Positions 13,141 through 25,377 of a stretch of 64,000 bases of DNA are shown piece after piece. Position numbers and translations under genes: made by a program. Position 1 is the first letter of the stretch; the number at the start of each line of letters is the position of its first letter. This DNA comes from Octopus sinensis (lineage: Eukaryota), in assembly GCF_006345805.1 (NCBI RefSeq), contig NC_043012.1:55428001-55492000 (forward strand). The letters are read 5' to 3'. The notes beneath the pieces were generated by a model, which was given only the letters and a program-made list of their open reading frames with translations, was not told the origin of the DNA and made no database searches.

Positions 13141-13713
13141 GAGGCGGCGAGCTGGCAGAAACGTTAGCACGCCGGGAGAAATGCTTAGCAGTATTTCGTC
13201 TGTCGTTACGTTCTGAGTTCAAATTCCACCGAAGTCGACTTTGCTTTTCATCCTTTCGGGGTCGATTAAATAAGTACCAGTTACACACTGGGGTCGATAT
13301 AATCGACTTAATCCGTTTGTCTCTCCTTGTTTGTCCTCTCTGTGTTTAGCCCCTTGTGGGTAGTAAAAAAAAAAGGTATTTCGTCTGCCGCTACGTTCTA
13401 AGTTCAAATTCCGCCGAGGTCGACTTTGCCATTCATCCTTTCGGGGTCGATTAAATAAGTACCACTTACGCACTAGGGTCGATATAATCGACTTAATCCG
13501 TTTGTCTGTCCTTGTTTGTCCCCTCTGTGTTTAGCTCCTTGTGGGAAGTAAAGAAATGGGTATTTCGTTTGTCTTTACGCTCTGAGTTCAAATTCCGCCG
13601 AGGTCGGCTTTGCGTTTCATCCTTTCGGGGTCGATAAATTAAGTGCCAGTTGCGTATTGGAATAGATTTAATCGACTGGGCCCCTTCCCCAAAATTTTGG
13701 GGTTTGTGCCTAG
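13141..13713 (+). mobile_element. SINE family A, trimeric (head plus three ~180-bp body units)
   Basis: Head ggcggcgagctggcagaaacgttagc; body units restart at (g)gtatttcgt at 13191, 13375 and 13559; flanked by the 19-bp repeat attatatttaatagtctcg. Confidence 0.85.
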
Positions 13714-13732
13714 ATTATATTTAATAGTCTCG

Positions 13733-13946
13733 AAGGCAGCGAGCTGGCAGAATCGTTGGCACGCCGGGTGAAATGCTAAGCAATATTTCGCCCGTTGCTC
13801 CGTTCTGAGTTCAAATTCCGCCGAGGTCGACTTTACCTTTCATTCTTTCAGGGTCGATGAATTAATCACCAGTGAAACACTAGGGTCGATGTAATCGACC
13901 AGTCCCCTCCTCTCAAATTTCAGGCCTTGTGCCTATACTAGAAAAG
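13733..13946 (+). mobile_element. SINE family A monomer inserted at the same target
   Basis: Complete head and body; followed by a third copy of attatatttaatagtct (13947-13963). Confidence 0.85.
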
Positions 13947-14296
13947 ATTATATTTAATAGTCTAAATTATACCATAAAAACCAGCGTCTGATTCGATATT
14001 ATCATAGTAAGACTTTTATTTAATATCGAATAGATTTACACAATTGTTGTATGCATAACCTATCTTGTAGATCAGTATTTTTCAGCCAATTTTTGCCTAT
14101 GAACCCTGTTGATTTCCATTTTATTCTCTAGGGCCTCTGTAGCCATTCGATGTATATAAAAAATAATTCCTATTGCGTCTTTATAATTGAATATTATTAG
14201 GACTTGTATAAAAATAATTCTGAAAATTATTTTGTGTATTGTAAAAGTTTGATCAATTTATTGCACATAAATTTTAACAACAAAATCTTATATGAA

Positions 14297-14379
14297 CTCC
14301 CAATGGTCATATGGACCCCCAAGGGCCGTAGTGACCCCCACCTCCGAGGGGTCGTATGAACCCCGGCTGAGAACCATTG
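14297..14379 (-). mobile_element. hAT (Charlie-like) MITE terminal fragment
   Basis: ggctgagaaccattg resembles a CAGTGGTTCTCAACC-type TIR. Confidence 0.45.
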
Positions 14380-14465
14380 ATGTAGACTAATATAAAAAGT
14401 TCTACTTATTACAGAAATGCTCGCGAACATAATACCATCGTCTTCATTTCTTTGTTAACTTTTAT

Positions 14466-14790
14466 ATCATCATCATCATCATCATCCTCGTTCAACGTCC
14501 TCCTTCCATGCTGGCATGGGTTGGACGGTTTGACAGACGCTGGCCAGGCAGAAGATTGCGCCATACTTCTGAGTCTGTTTTGACATGGTTTTTTATGGCT
14601 CGATGCCCTTCCTAACACCAACCACCCCGCAGAGTGGGCTGAGTGCTTTTTACGTGGCATCAACACAGCCAAGGTCAGTTCAGACATGTTTTTTTTTTAC
14701 AGCTGGATGCCCTTCCAAATGCCAACCACTTTAGACTGTGGACTGGATGCTTTGTAAGTGACACCGGCACTGGCAGAGTAACCAACTAAC
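14466..14790 (-). mobile_element. Non-LTR (RTE-like) 3' tail with (GAT)n end
   Basis: (CAT)n followed by cgttcaacgtcc..ccatgctggcatgggttgg and ggctggatgcccttcctaac; related copies near 62280 and 63037. Confidence 0.55.
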
Positions 14791-14927
14791 TTGCAAGACA
14801 AGGAACCTTTGAGAGGGGAGGGACATTGGAGGAGGTGATCTTGTGCCAGAGAATGAAAGTTTAGACTGTGACAGAAAGACAGAGACAGAAACAAATGCCT
14901 TGCTGTAGAGGAGGTACATGGTTATCC

Positions 14928-14928
<1 letters not shown>

Positions 14929-15014
<86 letters not shown>

Positions 15015-15037
15015 CAGAGAGAGAAAGAGAGAAAGAG
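14929..15037. repeat. (GA)n microsatellite
   Basis: GA run. Confidence 0.98.
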
Positions 15038-15424
15038 AGGTGTACTAATCTCCTGATTGGTAATTTCCTCGGAATTACAGTTCGTATGGCACGTTGCTTG
15101 GATTAACGGAATACTTATTCACCGATTTTCTTACCTACACATTCTGTAAACCAGAATCCTCAATGGAGTGCTGACTTGGTATTCACATGGATTCCCTAAA
15201 GTATCGAAGCTCTGTGCATGTGTGTGTGTGTGCGTGCGTGTGCGTATGCCTGTGTGTATGTTCGTTCTTCTCTTTCTCTTTTTAATTTAGAATAAATTTT
15301 GACCGACCACCAAACTTGGTAGCGAGTTTGTAAAGAAAAGTGTCTTGTTTTAACCATCATCCTTTAAATCTCAACGTCTTCCAGATTTTTATAGTTCTAC
15401 ATAACGCAATCATTTGTTACGTTG

Positions 15425-15582
15425 TATGTATGTATATATGTATGTATTATGTATGTATTATGTATGTATGTATGTATGTATGTATGTATGTATGTATGTA
15501 TGTATGTATGTATGTATGTATGTATGTATGTATGTATGTATGTATGTATGTATGTATGTATGTACGTACGTATGTATGTATG
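15425..15582. repeat. (TATG)n microsatellite
   Basis: TATG run. Confidence 0.98.
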
Positions 15583-15619
15583 TTTACAGACAATGGATGA
15601 GAGCTGGGTACAGAAAACA

Positions 15620-15945
15620 CATAGTATGGGAAACACATGTTTGAAATGTGCAAAAAGTCCAAGCTTCTTGAAACAGCTGGTGAGTTAAGAAATTACATAT
15701 TTTCTTATTTTATTCTGTAAGTTTATTCCTTTACGCAGAAGAGTAGCAGTCCATAAAAAACAGATAAATCTTCCACAATATTGTAAAATTCCACTCAGTG
15801 GCCACATAGACTCTTGCGCTAGAAATAACAATCTCAAATTTCTTATATTCCCTTTCTATCGATGTAAAGACAGAACCTCTACACATGAAAGAATCAAGAA
15901 GGAGAATCTTTTTATTAAAAAATTCCAGACGCTTCTTAAAATGCA
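15620..15945 (+). pseudogene. PLE GIY-YIG endonuclease C-terminal remnant
   Basis: LRRRVAVHKKQINLPQYCKIPLSGHIDSCA then, after a frameshift, FLIFPFYRCKD..ERIKKENLFIKKFQTLLK, matching the PLE pattern R..H..QI..P......S.HI..C / F.IFPFY...KE..FI.KF.P.LN. Confidence 0.72.
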
Positions 15946-16499
15946 AACTCCATGGTGACCGTATTCCTTTTTCTAGCCTTATATTAAATATATATACATG
16001 TATTTAATAATATATATTAAATACATATATATTTGTTACTTGTATTTCTAAGAACAGACAGAAGCATCCTGTTGAAAAAAAAATTCAACATTCCAATTAA
16101 AGAGTATAAAACCCACAGAATTGTCTCCCCTTACTCACAGGAACTGGATAACTCCTACCCCATTTCCTGTTTGACACATAAACATCCAACCTTCTCGAAC
16201 AAAAAACTACACTGAAACACATGCATTCTAATCCTTCAAACAAGTTTTTCCATGGAATACTATTGAACTTTAAAAGCTTAAAGACACTATGATGTATTGG
16301 TATGTTTATTTATTTTTGTATATATTCATTATAATTGTTTTGAAAAAACATTACTTTTTCCCCCTTTCTTATCTTGAAAATTTGCCATGCAATGAAAGTC
16401 GGTTTGAAATCCTTTTTAATCTTGCTTACACTTTATTTATATTAAAATTTGCTTTCAGTTTAGCATTCTGCCTTGTTATTATTATTTTTTCCTTTCTTT

Positions 16500-16565
16500 A
16501 CATACGTATGTATATGTGTGTGTGTGTGTGTGTGTGTACACATATGTATATATATATATATACTG

Positions 16566-16614
<49 letters not shown>

Positions 16615-16658
16615 CATACATATAGATATGTATATATTGTGTGTGAGTGTGTACATTT

Positions 16659-16705
<47 letters not shown>

Positions 16706-16717
16706 ATATAATATATA

Positions 16718-16780
<63 letters not shown>
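16500..16780. repeat. (TG)n/(TA)n microsatellite between two PLE-type 3' ends
   Basis: Tandem runs. Confidence 0.95.
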
Positions 16781-16783
<3 letters not shown>

Positions 16784-17100
16784 TGTATAGACATCAAAAA
16801 ATAAATCCACAGTAATTTAGTGTTCAATTAGTAACAAGTTGTTAAACTCCAACATATTATTACATTGCAATAAATCCAACAAGAACCGACTTGTGTGTAA
16901 ATACATAATTTACGAAAACAATCAGAAAAACAAAAATTTGACATACAGTTTATAATTGTGTCCAACAGCTGTTTCACTGAGAGAGATGTCATTAAATGTA
17001 TAATCGTATAATTTTGACACATAATTTATCATTTTAAATTGAATTCAAGGATTGTGCTCACACAAATCACCGAGAATAGTGTGTGTTATGTTAATTATAA
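16781..17100 (-). mobile_element. Degenerate pLTR fragment with an HHR remnant (16961-16996)
   Basis: Minus strand reads ttaatga...GAAAC-AGCT-GTT-gga; 3' end abuts (TA)n. Confidence 0.45.
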
Positions 17101-17153
17101 AACTGTTTCTAGTTTAAGTACATAGACAGGGAATATATACAAGGATATATTTA

Positions 17154-17188
<35 letters not shown>

Positions 17189-17252
17189 TGTATGTATGTA
17201 TGTATGTATGAGTGTATGTATGTGTTTGTATATATATATATATATATAATAT

Positions 17253-17462
17253 TTATAAAAGGGAGGATGTGTGTGCGTGTGTGTGTGTGTGTGTGTGTAC
17301 GTGATTGTGATTTATGCACATCCACAAATTAGCACGCATGTCGCTCAAATTTTAGGACGACATTTGTCAACACCCTATCTGGGTTTTGTCAACTTATTTT
17401 TTTCCCGAGGCACCCGCGGATAGGGTAAAAATCTGTTTTCAACCATAGCTTTTAACCATAAC
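17253..17462 (-). mobile_element. Second copy of the HINE-like element at 7440-7940
   Basis: gcatgtcgctcaaattttaggac and aggatgtgtgtg are reverse complements of the 7780-7920 sequence. Confidence 0.7.
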
Positions 17463-17929
17463 AAATATCAGCCATTGCTTTTTTGCCAGCGTCTAACAAA
17501 AAAAAGATAAAGAAAAGTGGAAGAAGGAGGCAGAGAGTTTCACGGGAAAGACAAAGTGAGAGAGCGAGAGAGAGTAAGTGACTACGTTCATAAAAAGTAA
17601 AATGTAAAATGTTTTGTTTTTTGTTTTTGAAAGGCACACTATATTTTATAATCATAGTATATATACTTTCCCACGCATACATACATGCATGTACACATTT
17701 TAGGATGGTCGTTGACTGCTCATGAGCTCTTCTGCCCTTTGACAGGTCTTATTTTACGTCCTGCAATGTCTCCAACAATCACAGTCCTCACCAAGCAAGG
17801 TTGATTGGGTTACCAGTTTAGTCGCCGATGACCCGACCAAGCAAAAGGCTGTACTGGGTTATATGTTACCATTAGGGCCCAGGCTCAGATCAAGGTTTAA
17901 TATCTACTCTTATCAGTTTGATATATATA

Positions 17930-17977
<48 letters not shown>

Positions 17978-18213
17978 GGAATATAATTCCCAAACTTACA
18001 GGGAAAAGTTCAATTTAGCAAATTTAAAATCTAATTTCAAATTTGCTAAATTGAATTTATATATTTCACAATATATAATATATATATATATAATTTAGGG
18101 AAAAAACACTATTAAACAATTAAAAAAAGAAAGATGTTATAGAAAACATATACTACAAAAAAAATCATATTTTAATTCAATAAAGTACAATAAATAGTAA
18201 ATAGTAATAAAAA

Positions 18214-18334
18214 AGCTACGCACGTTTCATGGCTACATTTTCAAATAGATAATAATAATAATAAAATCAATTCGATTCAAAATAAATCGAACTAAAATTA
18301 ATTCTATTTAAAAATGTAGTCACTCATCAGGTCT
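18214..18334 (-). ncRNA. Type-I hammerhead ribozyme with long helix II
   Basis: agac-CTGATGA-gtgactacatttt...aaaatgtagccat-GAAAC-GTGC-GTA; canonical core, one deletion in the 3' strand of helix I. Confidence 0.75.
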
Positions 18335-18621
18335 AAGATAATAAATAATAATAAAATAAATGTACTTATCTTAACTTATGCTAATTATCAAATAAATATA
18401 TTAAAAATACTTGTATTAACTATAAATAATCGAAAAAATTTAAAAGTATTTCTCAAAATAAAAATATAACTTATATTTTCGAAGGCTTTTAAGAAATATT
18501 GTTAAATACTTTTTGATTATTTATGGTTAATACACGTATTTTTAATATATTTATTTGATAATTAGCATAAGTTAAGACAAGAACATTTATTTTATTATTA
18601 TCATTTATCATTTATTATCTT

Positions 18622-18737
18622 AGAACTGATGAGTGACTATACTTTTAAATAGAATTAATTTTAGTTCGATTAATTTTGAATCGAATTGATTTTATTATTA
18701 TCTATTTGAAAATATAGCCATGAAGCGTGCGTAGTCT
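18622..18737 (+). ncRNA. Type-I hammerhead ribozyme (mutated partner arm)
   Basis: CTGATGA at 18626; GAAGC instead of GAAAC; GTGC-GTA-gtct retained. Confidence 0.65.
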
Positions 18738-18876
18738 TTTTACTACTATTTACTGTTTATTGTACTTTATTGAATTAAAATAAGGTTTTTTTATAGTATA
18801 TGTTTTCTATATGGTGTGAATAACATCTTTCTTTATTGAATTAATAGTGTTTTTCTCTAAATTATATATATATATA

Positions 18877-19140
18877 GTTGGAATTTACAAAAAAAACAAA
18901 ACAAAAGATGAAGACGGCTGTGTAAACAACAAACAGATGTATTAGTTTAACGCTTGGGAAGTGAGAAAGTCATTTACGTTTCGAGCCTACGCTCTTCAAC
19001 AGAAAGGAACACAGAAATAAGCAGGGAGGAAATAAAAAAGGGTTAGTGGCTAGCGATCAATCAAGTCGAATGCCGGACAGAAGTGGTCAGACAGGGGAGC
19101 TAGGAAGAAGGAGAGATAAAAAAAAGTAGTGGTGATCCCA
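18877..19140 (-). mobile_element. pLTR fragment related to the Neptune-like terminal repeat, with HHR at 18970-19007
   Basis: cgtttcgagcctacgctcttcaacagaaag is identical to the complement of the HHR in the full-length element; 3' end abuts (TA)n. Confidence 0.75.
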
Positions 19141-19373
19141 AAACGAAGGTACGCGTGCGTGTGTATGTGAGAGCGTGTATGTGAGAGCGTGTGTGCGTGT
19201 GTTTGTGTGGATAGGTGCTTCTCACCTTGAGGTGTGCGTGTGTGCATGTGTAGGTGTGTGGATGATGGTGTGGGTGCTGGGAAGTGGTCAGTGCCAGTGT
19301 GTGCGAGGTGGTGTGACGTGGTGTGGTGATGTGGTAGTGTAGTGGTGTGTGGTGTGATGTGGCAAGATGTGGT

Positions 19374-19581
19374 AAGGCGTCGAGCTGGCAGAAACGTTAG
19401 CACGCCGGGCGAAATGCATAGCGGTATTTCGTCTATCTTTACGTTCTGAGTTCGAATTCCGCCGAGTTCGACTTTGCCTTTCATCCTTTCGGGGTCGATA
19501 AATTAAGTACCAGTTACGCACTGGGGTCGATGTAATCGACTTAATCCGTTGGTCTGTCCTTGTTTGTCCCCTCTGTGTTTA
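19374..19581 (+). mobile_element. SINE family A monomer
   Basis: Head and body match other copies. Confidence 0.88.
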
Positions 19582-20409
19582 AATAAGTTTCACTTGTATA
19601 AAGATACAGGAGTATGTGTGTATATATATGTGTGTTACATGAATTGAATATTTGTGTGCGAGTGTGTATGTATGTATATTTAAATTTCGCTTGAAAATGT
19701 GTTTGTGTGCGTGTGTGTGTGTGTGGTGTGTGTGTGTGTGTGTGGTGTGTGTGTTATATTTCAGATTTATATATGCGTGTGTGTGTGTGTGCTTCCTTGC
19801 GTGCGCGAATGTGTGTGTGTATGTATATTTAAATTTCGCTAGAAAATGTGTTTGTACCTGTGTGTGTGGTGTGTGTGTGTGTGTGCATTATATGTTTCAC
19901 ATTTATATATGAGTGCGTACATGTGTGTGTTTGCACATGCGTATGTGCGTATGTGCGTTGGTGTATGTTTCAGTTTCACTTTTGAAATACGCGTTACAAA
20001 TAAATTTCACCTTTACGATATGTGCGTGTTGGTATGAGTACGTTTGAGTGTGTAGATATGTGAGTGTGCATGTATACGTATGTGTGTGTGTTTGTGTGTG
20101 TGTGTGTGTTTGCGCTATACATTTCAATAAGGTTGTCAGGTGCCAAGCGTTGCTATAGAAACTTCGCTGATTTTATTCAAATTTGCCATGTTTGACGATG
20201 TACTTAGTGTAAAGTTTCTGGTCGTGGTGGTGGGTGGGGGTGGGGGTAATTGTTCGTAATGGTTATAGTTGTTTAGCTGTTTGACTGGCTGGCTGGACGG
20301 ATGGATGGACGGCTGGCTGGTTGGTTGGTTGGCTGGTTGGTCGGTTGGTTAACTGGGGAGATTGGTTCGTACGTTGGTATTCTATGTAGAGAGGAAATAA
20401 CCGACTGGT

Positions 20410-20422
20410 TAGACAGACAGAC

Positions 20423-20494
<72 letters not shown>

Positions 20495-20547
20495 GGATAG
20501 ATAGATAGATAGATGGATGAATGGATAGATAGATAGATGGATGGATG

Positions 20548-20597
<50 letters not shown>

Positions 20598-20622
20598 CAG
20601 AGAGAGAGAGAGACAGACAGAC

Positions 20623-20697
<75 letters not shown>

Positions 20698-20727
20698 TAG
20701 ATAGATAGATAGATAGATGATAGATAG

Positions 20728-20760
<33 letters not shown>

Positions 20761-20933
20761 AAGAGAAAGAGAGAGACAGACAGACAGACAGATAGACGGA
20801 CAGACAGACAGATAGACGGACAGTCAGACAGACGAACGGACGGATGGACAGACAGAAAGATAGACAGACAGACGGACGGATGGACAGACAGACAGACAGT
20901 TAGACAGACGGACGGACGGATGGACAGACAGAT

Positions 20934-21012
<79 letters not shown>

Positions 21013-21025
21013 GACAGACAGATAG
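20410..21025. repeat. (GATA)n/(GACA)n/(GGAC)n compound microsatellite
   Basis: Tandem tetranucleotide runs. Confidence 0.96.
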
Positions 21026-21994
21026 ATGCATGAAAGGAGGACGGATGCATCGATGGATGGACGGACGGGTGGATGGAAGAAGGGATAGACGGATGGGTCT
21101 TGTGATTTTCCTTCGAGCTATTATTGTCAATGCTTATGATGTAGTTGTTAAATGTTGTTGTTGTTGTTGTTGTGTTGTTGTTGTTGTTGTTGTTGTTGTG
21201 GTGGTGGTGGTGGTGGTGGTGGTGGTGGTGGTGGATTAGTGGTGGTTGAAATCCTGATGGTAGTGAGACGAATATGATGAAAGGTAGATTCGTTAATTTT
21301 AGTACTACTAATCGTAATAATAACAGTATACTATGAAACAGCAGTAATATAGTAACAGCACCATACTATATAGTATCGTATATGATAGTAACATAGATAC
21401 TAGTAGCGGTAGTACAAACAAAGTATTTCTAGTAACGGTTGGTTGAACTAGTACTGTACTGTGGTTGACAGGTGTTGTTTGATACCAGGTTAGCTTTGAT
21501 CGGGAGGATCTATGATCAAGGGTGTTCCAGCTGTGACCATCCCGTCTTTATCTAAGACAGTACGACCCCAGAACTGCCGTATTCTAGCTTGTTCTTCTTT
21601 CATACCTAAAATAGTAGAATGTAAATCCGATTGAGATTCAGCTGCTATTTCTAGCATGTAGGGTGACAACGTAGAGATCCCCTCATTGGCTCTTGCATGG
21701 TACTCAAACATGGCAAGTTGTTGTTCTTGTTTAGCTCTAGATCAACCCTGACTGAATAGCATTTCCGTGTTTAAAAGCGTTCCAGCCTTGACCATTTCGT
21801 CTTATTTGCATATGAGAGATAACATTGTCCAATGTGTCCTAACTTCTTTCAAAATAGTGATGTGTGGGATCTGAGGGAAATTTGGTTAGTCTTTCTAGCA
21901 GGTTGAGGAACGATGTAGAGAGTTTCCTGGCGTAATTACTGGTATTGATAGTGAGTGTATTATACTACTACTATATTTGTATGGCATTCCTACA

Positions 21995-21995
21995 G

Positions 21996-22039
<44 letters not shown>

Positions 22040-22186
22040 GGTGATCATGGTGGTGGTCGTGGTGGTGGTCGTGGTAGTGGTCGTGGTGGTCGTGGTGGTG
22101 GTCGTGGTGGTGGTCGTGGTTTTGGAGGTGGTGGTGGTGGTGGTGGTGGTGGTGACGGCAGCGGTGATGGTGATGAGGTAGCGATG

Positions 22187-22232
<46 letters not shown>

Positions 22233-22375
22233 CAGTAGTGGTGGTGGTGGTGTGGTGGTGGTGGTGGTGGTGGTGGTGGTAGTGGTAGTGGTAGTGGTAG
22301 TGGTAGTGGTAGTGGTAGTGGTAGTGGTAGTGGTGGTGGTGGTGGTAGTGGTAGTGGTAGTGGTGGTGGTGGTAT
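21995..22375. repeat. (TAG)n/(GGT)n/(GGTAGT)n compound microsatellite
   Basis: Tandem trinucleotide and hexanucleotide runs. Confidence 0.96.
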
Positions 22376-22653
22376 GATACGGCTACTATTGATGCGATGG
22401 AGGATCCTCCGTCGGCTTCGACGCTGAGTAACATGCAACTGGTGTTCGATCAACTAAGCAACAACCTACTCATTGGTTTTTCTTTTTTTTCTAATAGTGC
22501 AAGTGGCTGAGTACTCCACAGACACATGTACCTTTCACGTAAACCGCAAGTAGAAACAACATGTCATATACGAGTGTGTAACAGGACTGGCTCTCTTTCG
22601 ATAACGGTACAATCCATTCGACAGTCCCTCCCCACCGTCACCACCTGCCCTAC

Positions 22654-22740
22654 CCAGTGTTTCCCAACCTGTCCCCCACCCCGGTTCCCACAATAACTTT
22701 CTAGAAAAACGTATGCCCCACTGGTGGTTGGGAAAAAACA
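22654..22740. mobile_element. Tiny hAT-like MITE
   Basis: cagtgtttcccaacc ... ggttgggaaaaaac, degenerate TIR pair. Confidence 0.45.
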
Positions 22741-22769
22741 AGTTCATTTTTTAAATATCTAATCACAAT

Positions 22770-22925
22770 AAGGTGGTGAGATGGCAGAATCGTTACCACG
22801 CCGGACAGAGTGCTTTGCAGCATTTCGTCCGTCTACGCGTTCTAAGTTCAAATTCCGCCGAAATCGTCTTAGCCCCCCCCTCCCCCCGAAACTGCTGGCC
22901 TCGTGCCAAAATTTGAAACCAATGT
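22770..22925 (+). mobile_element. SINE family A, internally deleted
   Basis: Head ggtggtgagatggcagaatcgtta and tail aaaatttgaaacc. Confidence 0.75.
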
Positions 22926-22968
22926 TCTGTCACAATTATTTAATACAAAAGGGTCTACTGAGTTTGTG

Positions 22969-23135
22969 AGGCGCAGGAGTGGTTGTGAGGTAAGTAGCTT
23001 GCTTACCAACCACATGGTTCCGGGTTCATTCCCACTGCGTGGCACCTTGGGCAAGTATCTTCTACTATAGCCTCGGGCCGACCAAAGTCTTGTGAGTGGA
23101 TTTGGTAGACGGAAACTGAAAGAAGCCCGTCGTAT
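22969..23135 (+). mobile_element. SINE family B, 5' half
   Basis: ggcgcaggagtggttgtgaggtaagtagc...ggcaccttgggcaagt...gaagcccgtcgtatatat. Confidence 0.88.
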
Positions 23136-23175
23136 ATATGTATATATGTGTGTGTGTGTGTCTGTGTGTCTGTGT

Positions 23176-23261
<86 letters not shown>

Positions 23262-23961
23262 TAGTCATAATCACGCGCATTTTGAAAGAAAACTGGTGGA
23301 ATGTTCCTGTGAAGACTTCGATAAAATGTAAGAATAGCAAACCAAACTTAGTGATCTGGAACAGAAAAAAGAAATTATCCACAGCGGTTGAACAGTTGGC
23401 CATTAGATGTTAACATAATGTTGAAAAATTAGTGGAAAAAAAAACCCCACATCTCTGCCGAACTAATGATAAATCTGAAGTTGCTCTGTCCAGACTATAG
23501 TTTTAGATTTCTACCAATTATTATTCGATGTCTTGGCTGTATAGATACGTGACTAACTGCCTCGGTAACGAGCCTGAGAAGCAAGATTTCGTAAAACCAA
23601 TAAGAACAGGCCTAATAAAGAGTATACAGCGATGAACTATTAAAGTCACTGTCAAGATACGTAAGACAGTGAAGAGGTTTAGCATGTAATAAGTGGATAT
23701 ACACACGTTTAGACAGGCAAACATGTTTGTGTACACATTTTATGCAATGACATGTATGGCTGCACTTACGTACGGGTATGTACAGAGGTAACATGCATCC
23801 TTATATGCATACATGTATATACGCATACTTATAAGTATACATACATGCATACATACATACATACATACATACATACATAATACATACATACATAAATACA
23901 TACATACATACATACATACATACATACATACATACATACATACATAATACATACATACATT

Positions 23962-24380
23962 AAGGCGGCGAGCTGGCAGAAACGTTAGCACGCCGGGCGA
24001 AATGCTTAGCGATATTTCGTCTGCCGCAACGTGCTGAGTTCAAATTCCACCGAGGTCGACTTTGCCTTTCATCCTTTCGGGGCCGATAAATTAAGTACCA
24101 GTTACGCACTGGGATCGATGTAATCGATTTAATCCGTTTGTCTGTCCTTGTTTGTCCTCTCTGTGTTTAGCCCCCTGTGGGTAGTAAAGAAATAGGTATT
24201 TCGTCTGCCGCTACGTTCTGAGTTCAAATTCCGCCGAGGTCGACTTTGCCTTTCATCTTTTCGGGGTCGATAAATTAAGTACCAGTTACGCACTGGGGTC
24301 AATGTAAACGACTTAATCCCTTTGTCTGTCTTTGTTTGTCTCTTCTATGTTTAGCCCCTTGTGGGCAATAAAGAAATAAG
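23962..24380 (+). mobile_element. SINE family A dimer inside a (TACA)n tract
   Basis: Second body unit starts at the aaata|ggtatttcgtc junction (24195). Confidence 0.9.
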
Positions 24381-24880
24381 ATACATACATACATACATAC
24401 ATACATACATACATACATACATACATACATACATGCATGCATGCATACATACATACATACATACATACATGCATGCATGCATGCATGCATGCATACATAC
24501 ATACATACATACATACATACATACATACATACATGCATGCATGCATGCATACATACATACATACATACATGCATGCATGCATACATACATACATACATAC
24601 ATACATACATACATACATACATACATACATACATACATACATACATGCATGCATACTTACCTACAAACATGTAAGAGTCAAAATGTGATGTGAACATTTC
24701 AATGAAAGAACCTTGTTTCTAGGCTAGAAACCGGTTCTTTCCCTTTTGGAGAGAAATTTGAAAAATAAACCCGAAAAATATACCTACCTACCTACTTACC
24801 TACCTACCTACCTTCATACATACATACATACATACATAACATACATACATACATACATACATACATACATGCACACGTAT

Positions 24881-25055
24881 GGATACAGGTTTGGCTGTAA
24901 GGTAAGAAGCTTGCTTCCAAACCACAAAGATCTGGGTTCAGTCCCACTGCATGGCACCTTGAGCAAGTATCTTTTACTACAGCCTTGGGGAGCCCAAAGC
25001 CCCTGAAATGGGTTTGGTTGACGAAAACCGAAAGAAACCCATTGTATATATGCAT
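24881..25055 (+). mobile_element. SINE family B, 5' half
   Basis: gggttcagtcccactgcatggcaccttgagcaagt. Confidence 0.8.
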
Positions 25056-25377
25056 GTGGGACTGAGCCCGGGACCACGTGGTTATGAAATGTTAACTATA
25101 ACACCAGAGCTGTTATCTCCGGACCATGATAATTCAAAATGGTTCTCCAGGTGTTGTACCCGACGAAATGCTTTGCACGATTTGCTTGAAACATTAACCG
25201 AAGAATATTGCAAGAAGCTGGAAATGTTGTATCAATCATCTCTGGCGAATGCATCCTCTTGTTCTTTCGAGTCATCTTTCTCTGATTTAACTCAGGGACC
25301 CATGAGAAACTTCCACGAGTGTAAAGCATGAACCTGGCATTCTATCGGAGTTGTTGACCGCTGATTTATTTATTCAT

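Larger units (their letters stand above)
18091..18864. mobile_element. Foldback of two inverted pLTR copies, each carrying an HHR
   Basis: Arms 18091-18453 and 18492-18864 are reverse complements; (TA)n lies at both outer ends. Confidence 0.85.

Noticed and set aside
16365-16410. Possible HHR (ttgaaaa-ttgc-cat-gcaa-t-gaaag)
   Set aside because: Too many core mismatches to distinguish from chance in AT-rich DNA.
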